Positions 56,899 to 64,000 of a stretch of DNA of 64,000 bases are shown one piece after another. Source of the DNA: an uncultured bacterium. Lineage in GTDB: Bacteria; Zixibacteria; MSB-5A5; CAIYYT01. Where the stretch lies: positions 224,001 to 288,000 of the forward strand of contig CAVSCK010000004.1 in the NCBI GenBank assembly GCA_963726455.1, given 5' to 3'. Below the pieces are notes generated by a model that saw only the letters and a program-made list of their open reading frames with translations, ran no database searches and was not told where the DNA came from. Numbering within the stretch: position 1 is the stretch's first letter; every line of letters starts with the position of its first letter. The position numbers were made by a program, and so were the translations under genes.

Positions 56899-57321
56899 AT
56901 GGCAGACATGGTACAGAAAGCGCTATTCAATTCGGGACTAATTCCGACGTACAGCAAGCTCGCGGATTTGTCGGCGTTAAAGCACAAGTTGATTGCTTCC
57001 AATGTCGCCAACGCAAGCACGAAGGGCTATCAGAAGAAGGACATCGACTTTGACAAGGAATTGAAGAAGGCCACCGGCAAACCAAAGATGAATGCCTCAG
57101 TTACTGATCCACGACACATACCGCTTGGCAATACGCCGGGTGGTCCGCCGAAGATCCAGCAGATCAAGCAGACGGAAAATTCCACCGGTGTCAATGCCGT
57201 CGATATCGATCAGGAAATGGCCGACCTTGCACAGAATCAGATCATTTTCGATTATGGCGCGGAAATGCTTTCGCGCAATTTCAAAGCCCTAAAATCGGCG
57301 ATCCGAGGAAGGGAAGTGTAA
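56899..57321 (+). CDS. flgB: Flagellar basal-body rod protein FlgB
   Basis: IASNVANASTKGYQKKD; NAVDIDQEMADLAQN. Confidence 0.95.
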   Translation: MADMVQKALFNSGLIPTYSKLADLSALKHKLIASNVANASTKGYQKKDIDFDKELKKATGKPKMNASVTDPRHIPLGNTPGGPPKIQQIKQTENSTGVNAVDIDQEMADLAQNQIIFDYGAEMLSRNFKALKSAIRGREV

Positions 57322-57324
57322 TCC

Positions 57325-57819
57325 ATGAGTAACCTGTTTTCATCGCTGAAGATTTCCGGTTCGGGTTTGTCGGTCTTCCGCAGCAAAATGAACGTTGCCG
57401 CCGAGAACATCGCCAATGCCGAAACGACCAAGACCGATGCCGGTGGGCCCTACAAGAAGAAGGAAGTCCAGATTTCCGCCAAACAAGTGAACGAACCGTT
57501 TGCCCGGGAACTGCAGGCAGCCAGAGTTACACTGGCGCAAACCGACCGGAAGCACCTGCCGCAAAACGCCGTTTCCCTGAACAAAGCAGAGAATGTTTCT
57601 CAGGCGGAAGGCGAAGTCACGGTTGATCGCGATCAGCCCGCCCGAGTGATATATGACCCGTCGCATCCGGATGCCGACGAAAACGGTTTTGTGTCGATGC
57701 CTGATGTCGATCCGCTGATTGAAATGGTGGAGATGATGACGGCGTCGCGGGCCTATGAAGCGAATATTTCAGCATTACAAACTACGAAGTCAATGACCGC
57801 GAAGGCACTTGATATATAA
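57325..57819 (+). CDS. flgC: Flagellar basal-body rod protein FlgC
   Basis: AENIANAETT..GGPY; YDPSHPDA..G.V.MPDV..EM..ASRAYEAN. Confidence 0.96.
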   Translation: MSNLFSSLKISGSGLSVFRSKMNVAAENIANAETTKTDAGGPYKKKEVQISAKQVNEPFARELQAARVTLAQTDRKHLPQNAVSLNKAENVSQAEGEVTVDRDQPARVIYDPSHPDADENGFVSMPDVDPLIEMVEMMTASRAYEANISALQTTKSMTAKALDI

Positions 57820-57830
57820 GTGGAGCAGCT

Positions 57831-58058
57831 ATGAAAGTCAACGAAGCCAACCTGCAACTATACCGCATCGACCAGACGCGCAATGTGCAGAATCACCAGC
57901 CGGTCAAACCGGCGGAAGCAAACCAGTTTCTGAAGGCGCGGTTTGCCGACTTGCTGTCGGAAAATGAACGAGCGTTTATCGTGCAGAATTTCAAGCCGGA
58001 TACATCGCCGGATACCAAGAAACCCAAACTCGGACGATTCATCGACGTTAGAGCATGA
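57831..58058 (+). CDS. Small hypothetical protein within the flagellar operon
   Basis: GGAG RBS, 75 aa, stop overlaps the fliE start; C-terminal KLGRFIDVRA. Confidence 0.7.
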   Translation: MKVNEANLQLYRIDQTRNVQNHQPVKPAEANQFLKARFADLLSENERAFIVQNFKPDTSPDTKKPKLGRFIDVRA

Positions 58059-58357
58059 ACCCGATTACGATAAATACGCTGCCGCAGGAAATTTCCCTGC
58101 CGACCGGCCAGGCGGTATTCAAACCCGAAGCCAGCGCTGAGAATTTCAAGGAGACGCTAAGCCATTTCGTGCAATCGGTGAATGATTTGCAGGGCAAAGC
58201 ATCCGATGCGCAGGCAAGTTTTCTCAAGGGCGAAATTACCGATGTTCATCAGGTGATGATCGCAGTTGAGGAAGCGTCGGTGGCGTTTGAGTTACTCATG
58301 GAGATTCGTAACAAGCTGTTAGACTCATATCAGCAGATCATACGCATGTCGGTTTAA
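58055..58357 (+). CDS. fliE: Flagellar hook-basal body protein FliE
   Basis: F..L..VNDLQ..DVHQVMIA..EIRNKLLDSYQQIIRMSV. Confidence 0.95.
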   Translation: MNPITINTLPQEISLPTGQAVFKPEASAENFKETLSHFVQSVNDLQGKASDAQASFLKGEITDVHQVMIAVEEASVAFELLMEIRNKLLDSYQQIIRMSV

Positions 58358-58375
58358 ATTCTCTAACCTCGGAGC

Positions 58376-59998
58376 ATGGATGCAATGAAGAGGCTGTTTG
58401 AACATTATTATGAATTAATCGGACGCATGGCGCCCAGCCAGATATTGCTGGGTTCAATCGTCGTTATCGGCGCCATTGTTGCCACTATCATGATCGTCAG
58501 TTGGGCCAAGAGCCAGTATTACGCCCCGCTGTATACCGGACTTTCCGCCGAGGACGCCGGCAAAATTGTCGAACGCCTCAAGGAAATGAAAGTTACCTAC
58601 CAGATCGGCGACAACGGCACGAGTATCAGTATACCGTCGAACGACGTGTACGAGACCCGCATGAAGCTGGCCACCGCCGGTCTGCCCAGTCCGCAGAATA
58701 TCGGCTATGCTCTGCTGGATCAAACCAACATCGGAATGACCGATTTTCTGCAAAAAGTCAATTATCGACGGGCACTGGAAGGCGAATTGGCGCGAACGAT
58801 TATGGGACTTACCGAGGTTGAAGCAGCCCGAGTGCATCTGGTGATTCCGGAAGACCGCCTTTTCAAAGAAGACCAGCACACGCCGACTGCTTCGGTCGTT
58901 TTGAAATTGCGGGGGCCAATGCCGCTGGGAAAAAGGCAACTGCAGGGTATCGGCTATTTGGTGGCATCGTCCGTCGAAGGCATGACTGCCGACAAGGTTA
59001 CGATCCTGGATGACAGCGGCAATTTGCTGAGCGGCATGCAATCGAGCGACGAATCGGCCATGCTGTCTGCCACGCAGTTTGACATGCGCAAGAATGTTGA
59101 AGATTACCTGGAAGAAAAGGCACAGTCGCTGATGCAGGGTGTGATCGGACAGGGACGGGCGATAGTACGTGTCACCGCAGAACTAAATTTCGAAAAGACC
59201 AACACACAGATCGAACAATACGATCCTGATCTGGTTGCTATCCGCAGTGAACAACGCACAACCCAGAAGGGAAGTCAATTAGAGGGCGCTATCTCGCCAA
59301 CGCAAACGGCAGCTACTGCTGCCGGCGGGACTGGAACTGCCGGTGGAGCCACAACAGGGGCAACGACTCCGGCGACCGCTTCGCCGGTCGCGGCCAATAC
59401 GAGTACCGACAACTCCGAAGATGTGATAACCAACTATGAAGTTTCCAAGACAATCCGGAATATCATTGGCGAAGTCGGCAGTATCAAGCGGTTGACCGTC
59501 GCCGTAATGGTAGACGGCACTTACAAGGAAGCCAAGACTCCTGAAGGAGAAGTGTCGCGGGAATACCAGGCGCGATCCCAGGAGGAGCTGGGCCGGTTCG
59601 CGTCGATTATCAAAAACGCCGTCGGCTTTAGCGATACGCGCGCCGATCAATTCGAGATTCAGAGCGTGCCATTCGACAATTCGCTGCTGGTAACCAACGA
59701 CAAAGAGATGCTGCAGACCGAGAAGATGACCAATTATCTGGTTTATGGCAAGAAGATTGGGACGGTGCTGCTGATTATCGTGGCATTCCTTTACGTGAAG
59801 CGGAAACTCAAGAAGGTTTTCAAAGCTGTGGCCAGATACGCTCCGCCGCCGCCCGCGCTGCCCGTCGCTGTAGAGCCGGAGATTCCGGCGAAACCACAGA
59901 AGCCGCGGTTGATTGACACGATGAAGACGCAGGCCAAGGGCAAGAACGAGGAAATCGCCAAAGTCATCAAGACGATGATGGCGGAGGTTCAACAGTAA
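58376..59998 (+). CDS. fliF: Flagellar MS-ring protein FliF
   Basis: YRRALEGELARTI, ARVHLVIP, TASVVL, NYEVSK, IKRLTVAV, two TM segments. Confidence 0.96.
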   Translation: MDAMKRLFEHYYELIGRMAPSQILLGSIVVIGAIVATIMIVSWAKSQYYAPLYTGLSAEDAGKIVERLKEMKVTYQIGDNGTSISIPSNDVYETRMKLATAGLPSPQNIGYALLDQTNIGMTDFLQKVNYRRALEGELARTIMGLTEVEAARVHLVIPEDRLFKEDQHTPTASVVLKLRGPMPLGKRQLQGIGYLVASSVEGMTADKVTILDDSGNLLSGMQSSDESAMLSATQFDMRKNVEDYLEEKAQSLMQGVIGQGRAIVRVTAELNFEKTNTQIEQYDPDLVAIRSEQRTTQKGSQLEGAISPTQTAATAAGGTGTAGGATTGATTPATASPVAANTSTDNSEDVITNYEVSKTIRNIIGEVGSIKRLTVAVMVDGTYKEAKTPEGEVSREYQARSQEELGRFASIIKNAVGFSDTRADQFEIQSVPFDNSLLVTNDKEMLQTEKMTNYLVYGKKIGTVLLIIVAFLYVKRKLKKVFKAVARYAPPPPALPVAVEPEIPAKPQKPRLIDTMKTQAKGKNEEIAKVIKTMMAEVQQ

Positions 59999-61015
59999 GT
60001 GGCGATCAAGTACGAGGAACTAACGTCGGTCCAGAAAGCGGCGATCGCGCTGATCGCCTTCGGCACTGAGGTTTCAGCCGAAGTGCTCAAGAGTCTCACC
60101 GACACCGAACTCGAGCGCCTGACGATTGAGATCGCCAATATGCGAGACATCCCGGGCGAAATCGAAGAACGCGTGATTCAGGAATGTTACGACATCTTCC
60201 TGGCGCGCGAGTATATCAGCCAGGGCGGTGTTGACTATGCGCGACTGCTTTTGGAGCGCGCCATCGGGTCGAACCGTGCGGTCGAGATTCTCAAGCGACT
60301 GGAGTCCTCGCTCACTACATCCGGATTCAATCTGCTAAAAGGGATCGATCCCAAGCAACTGACGAACTATATTCAGAACGAACACCCGCAAACAATATCG
60401 TTGATCCTGACCCAGCTCACACCACAGCAGGCAGCGAGTGTGCTCGCGGAATTTCCGCCGGAACTGCAATCAGAAGTGGCGTTGCGTATCGCAACCATGG
60501 AGAAGATTTCACCCGAAGTGTTGAAGGACATCGAACATACTCTAGATATGCATTTCTCCGGTTCGGCTTTTCGCGAAAGCAAGCAATCTGGCGGCGCCAA
60601 AGCGCTGGCCGATATTCTGAACTTGACGGAGACTTCCGCCGAGAAACATATCCTGCAAACTCTTGAAGCCGACAATCCTGATCTGGCAGCCGAGATCAAG
60701 AACATGATGTTCGTGTTCGAAGACATCATTCTTCTTGACGACCGCTCGATCCAGCGAATGCTTAAGGAAGTCGAGACCAAGGACGTTGCGATCGCTCTCA
60801 AGGCGGCATCGGATGACGTTAAGAACAAGGTCTATACCAACGTGTCCGAACGCGTGTCCATCATGATCAAAGAGGAAATCGAATTCATGGGTCCGATGCG
60901 TTTATCGGATGTGGAAGCGGCGCAACAGCGGATCGTTGAAACTATACGCCGTCTGGAGGAAGAGGGACAGATTGTCATCTCCGGCAGGGGAGGCAAGGAA
61001 GATGTCGTCGTCTAA
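59999..61015 (+). CDS. fliG: Flagellar motor switch protein FliG
   Basis: QKAAI, GGVDYA, EHPQTI, MFVFEDI, GPMRLSDVEAAQ; GTG start. Confidence 0.97.
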   Translation: MAIKYEELTSVQKAAIALIAFGTEVSAEVLKSLTDTELERLTIEIANMRDIPGEIEERVIQECYDIFLAREYISQGGVDYARLLLERAIGSNRAVEILKRLESSLTTSGFNLLKGIDPKQLTNYIQNEHPQTISLILTQLTPQQAASVLAEFPPELQSEVALRIATMEKISPEVLKDIEHTLDMHFSGSAFRESKQSGGAKALADILNLTETSAEKHILQTLEADNPDLAAEIKNMMFVFEDIILLDDRSIQRMLKEVETKDVAIALKAASDDVKNKVYTNVSERVSIMIKEEIEFMGPMRLSDVEAAQQRIVETIRRLEEEGQIVISGRGGKEDVVV

Positions 61016-61658
61016 TGTCTTCTCGCATTTTTCCTGGGCGGCCGAAGCACATCCGGTCGGCAGCGAAGAGTTCATTCAACACTTCTACCGCGACAAAGAA
61101 GAGAACTCCTCCGAAGGGCTGAAGCTCAAGCAGCTACAAGAACAGCACCAGGTCGAGGTCCAGAAAGCATATCAGAACGGCTATGCTCAGGGCGAGGCGG
61201 CCGGCCTTCAGAAAGGTTTGGCCGAAGCGCGCCACGTCGAATCGCAACTAGCCGCAGCCATCAACGCGTTACTTGCGTACCAACAGAGTGTTTACGAACA
61301 AGCCCGAACCCAACTTCTGGAAATGTCATTTGCCCTGGCAGACAAGATCACAAGTGCGCGTGCGGTAGCAGAACAAGATACCGTGGTCGGAACGATTAAT
61401 CGCTGCGTCGCAGAGATCCTCGATAAGACCCGCATCAAGATCAAAGTGAGTCCCGAGCAGTATGATTTCGTCAAGTCCAAGCTCGGTGAACTCATCAGGA
61501 ATAATGAGTCCATTTCCGCAGCAGTAGTCGAGTGCGACAGCCGTGTCTCGCTCGGCGGATGCATCATCGAAACAGATTCCGGCTCCGCTGACGCTCGAAT
61601 CGAATGTCAACTGAATATGCTTCGCGATAAGTTAATTGCGCTGGAGCAAACGTCGTGA
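61002..61658 (+). CDS. fliH: Flagellar export protein FliH
   Basis: AYQNGYAQGEAAGLQKG repeats; GGCIIETDSGSADARIE. Confidence 0.9.
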   Translation: MSSSNVFSHFSWAAEAHPVGSEEFIQHFYRDKEENSSEGLKLKQLQEQHQVEVQKAYQNGYAQGEAAGLQKGLAEARHVESQLAAAINALLAYQQSVYEQARTQLLEMSFALADKITSARAVAEQDTVVGTINRCVAEILDKTRIKIKVSPEQYDFVKSKLGELIRNNESISAAVVECDSRVSLGGCIIETDSGSADARIECQLNMLRDKLIALEQTS

Positions 61659-63013
61659 ACGGTCAAATTGATTTTGCTCACCAGAAGGAGATTATCCAAC
61701 GAACTTCCGGGATTCGGCTCGACGGCAAAGTCTGCCGCGTTATCGGGTTGGTGGTGGAGTCGATCGGACCGCAGGTGTCGATCGGGGAGATCTGCAAGAT
61801 TTACAATCGCAGCTTGGCAAAGCCGGTACCTGCTGAAGTTGTGGGCTTCAAAGACAATCTCGTATTGCTGATGCCGCTGGGCGACATGGAAGGGATTAAT
61901 CCGGGTTCCATTGTCGAGGCCACCGGCTCGGTATTGCGCATCGGTGTCGGCGACAAATTGCTGGGCAGAATAGTCAACGGCCTTGGCGAACCGATTGACG
62001 ATCTGGGTCCGATAGATGTTAGCCACTATCAGCCAATTGTCGCGCGCGCACCGCACCCGCTCAAACGCCAACGCATTAAAGAACAGATGCACACGGGCGT
62101 TCGCGCAATTGACGTCTTTGTCAGTTGCGGTAGGGGACAGCGACTCGGAATCTTTGCCGGTTCCGGCGTTGGGAAATCCGTGTTGTTGGGTATGATTGCG
62201 AAACGTTCCTCAGCCGTCGTTAACGTTATTGCATTGATAGGCGAACGCGGCCGCGAAGTCCGTGAGTTTATCGAACGTGATTTGGGACCGGAAGGTCTGA
62301 GCCGTTCTGTTGTTGTGGCCGTGACATCGGATGAGCCATCACTAATGAAAATCAAAGGCGCCATGACGGCGACCGCGATTGCGGAATACTTTCGCAAGCA
62401 AGGCAAAGATGTGATTCTGATGCTGGACTCCATTACGCGTATCGCCTTTGCGCAACGCGAAATCGGCCTTGCCGTAGGTGAACCACCGGCCACCAAGGGC
62501 TACACGCCATCCGTGTATGCGATGTTGCCGAAACTTCTCGAACGTGCCGGAGCCGACCATACGGGATCGATCACGGGGCTGTACACGATTCTCGTCGAGG
62601 GCGACGATTTCAACGAGCCGATCTCCGACCAGGTGCGCTCGATTCTTGATGGTCACATCACCTTGTCACGGACGCTTGCGCATCGCAAGCATTATCCGGC
62701 AATTGACATTTTGCAGTCGATCTCGCGCGTGATGATCGACGTCGTTTCCGAGGAACATCGTCAGCTAGCCGGAGATGCCCGCAAAGTGCTGGCGGTCTAT
62801 TCCGAGAACGAAGATTTGATCAACATCGGCGCTTACGTCAAGGGCTCATCGGCGGATATCGACAGCGCCATTGCGAAAGTGCCGCGATTGAACGAATTCC
62901 TGCAGCAGGATATCAACGCCGAGCCGGCGCAATTCGGCGCAGACTTGGAACGATTGAAAGGTATCGTCGGTGAAAAAGTTCCGCTTCCGCCTGCAGAAAC
63001 TGCTGCAAGTTAA
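61655..63013 (+). CDS. fliI: Flagellum-specific ATPase FliI
   Basis: GIFAGSGVGKS, GERGREV, DSITRIA, GEPPATKGY, HYPAID. Confidence 0.97.
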   Translation: MNGQIDFAHQKEIIQRTSGIRLDGKVCRVIGLVVESIGPQVSIGEICKIYNRSLAKPVPAEVVGFKDNLVLLMPLGDMEGINPGSIVEATGSVLRIGVGDKLLGRIVNGLGEPIDDLGPIDVSHYQPIVARAPHPLKRQRIKEQMHTGVRAIDVFVSCGRGQRLGIFAGSGVGKSVLLGMIAKRSSAVVNVIALIGERGREVREFIERDLGPEGLSRSVVVAVTSDEPSLMKIKGAMTATAIAEYFRKQGKDVILMLDSITRIAFAQREIGLAVGEPPATKGYTPSVYAMLPKLLERAGADHTGSITGLYTILVEGDDFNEPISDQVRSILDGHITLSRTLAHRKHYPAIDILQSISRVMIDVVSEEHRQLAGDARKVLAVYSENEDLINIGAYVKGSSADIDSAIAKVPRLNEFLQQDINAEPAQFGADLERLKGIVGEKVPLPPAETAAS

Positions 63014-63419
63014 GACTTACAACAAGATGCAGAAACAAAAGGAGCTGTCGCAGGCGGAACGCCTGCGGCGCATGGAAGAGGCACATCTCGCAATGCTGCA
63101 AGAGCACTTGCGCAATGAATTAGCCGACCTGAAATCGCAGAAGCAAGAGAAGATCAATGTCTCACGCCTGACGCGGTCGATCTACTACCAGCAACGTCTG
63201 CTGACCAACATGGCGACTCAAGAACGAGTTATCGTGGAAGCACGCCGCAAAGAAGATGTCAAACGCGTGAAGCTGATCGAAGCGACCAAGGAAGAAAAGA
63301 CTTTCGAGAAATTGAAAGAGCGCCAGGAATTGCGATATCTAATCGAACAGGATCACTTACTGCAAAAGGAAAATGACGAGATCAGCAAGAACGTCTTCAT
63401 CAAGAACCAACAGCAGTAG
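62970..63419 (+). CDS. fliJ: Flagellar export chaperone FliJ
   Basis: MKKFRFRLQKLL..; coiled coil; EKLKE..QKENDE; position after fliI. Confidence 0.88.
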   Translation: MKKFRFRLQKLLQVKTYNKMQKQKELSQAERLRRMEEAHLAMLQEHLRNELADLKSQKQEKINVSRLTRSIYYQQRLLTNMATQERVIVEARRKEDVKRVKLIEATKEEKTFEKLKERQELRYLIEQDHLLQKENDEISKNVFIKNQQQ

Positions 63420-63461
63420 CGGCACGATTCCTCGCACCGCATTAAATTCCCGGAATGTTAC

Positions 63462-64000
63462 TTATAGTGATGTGACCTTGGACGAGGTCATTTCTGCTTC
63501 ATTGCCTCCCCAGGGCGACAGCACTTTGGAGAGAACGTAGAGAATTACGAAGGGCAGTACGATCAAGCCCGCTGACGTGATCAGCCCCTCGATTCCGAAC
63601 AATTCCAACTTGTACATGGTCAATCCGCGCAAGCTCTTGGAGAAGAGCTGTCCGCCGATCACGACGTTCCAGCGCGTGCTGAATATGCCGACCTGTACCA
63701 GAACTGCCGCCAGCAAGTAGGCCATTCTGCGCATCTCGTCGGGAAGTTTACCGAATCTGGCGACCGCGAGTGAAATAACCGGGATGATGGTACCCAACAC
63801 GATTTGGCTAATGATCAAACTGATAAACAGTCTGCTGGAAATCATCTGAGCGAGAATGGTGATCGATTCTTCCGACTCATACAGGCGCTGAACAAAATCG
63901 AGCATTTCCAGAGAGAAGTCCACCAGGATCGCGTAGAACAACAACTCCGCCAGCTTGTTCATGCAGGGCATGCTGACCTGCTTCCAACGGAACATAGTCG
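63462..64000 (-). CDS. NrfD/PsrC family membrane anchor subunit, C-terminal part (5' end outside the window)
   Basis: Multi-TM protein with STRWNVVIGGQLFSKS motif. Confidence 0.75.
   Translation of the reverse strand, partial: TMFRWKQVSMPCMNKLAELLFYAILVDFSLEMLDFVQRLYESEESITILAQMISSRLFISLIISQIVLGTIIPVISLAVARFGKLPDEMRRMAYLLAAVLVQVGIFSTRWNVVIGGQLFSKSLRGLTMYKLELFGIEGLITSAGLIVLPFVILYVLSKVLSPWGGNEAEMTSSKVTSL

Overview
Bacterial chromosomal segment that is mostly housekeeping. It most likely comes from candidate phylum Zixibacteria or a related FCB-group lineage; this is an inference from the C-terminal 'SQNxPNPFNP...SGVYFYKL' sorting domain and the 'GDANCDG..DISDVVYLI' dockerin-like tail. Contents in order: relA/spoT 3' end, TPR protein, comF, xerD and a diguanylate cyclase; a frameshifted OPT transporter; a secreted orphan protein followed by a decayed tandem paralog; a cohesin-like + sorting-domain protein; a tightly coupled minus-strand operon (queC, queE, methyltransferase, cdd, deoC, pdp, small Zn protein, catalytically dead archaemetzincin, MrfA/Hrq1-type helicase); queF; alkC-like; glyA through nrdR-tatC and a degenerate PrsW/YhfC fusion; ferredoxin; archease-rtcB followed by a candidate antisense sRNA; cbs/cysK; purD; galT-like and glgA (frameshifted); an SPFH protein; four tRNAs (Gly-GCC, Cys-GCA, Pro-CGG, Arg-CCT); iron/Mo homeostasis genes; rlmI; apt; two divergent motAB stator pairs; flgBC-fliEFGHIJ; and a partial NrfD-family gene. 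No CRISPR array, transposase or prophage was seen. Best leads: a putative cohesin/dockerin surface-display system coupled to a T9SS-like CTD, several enzymes with substituted catalytic residues (archaemetzincin, PrsW-like, DUF62), a structured sRNA beside archease-rtcB, and dual stators in a region with both sigma28-like and sigma54-like promoters. All family assignments are by motif recognition only; no database searches were run.
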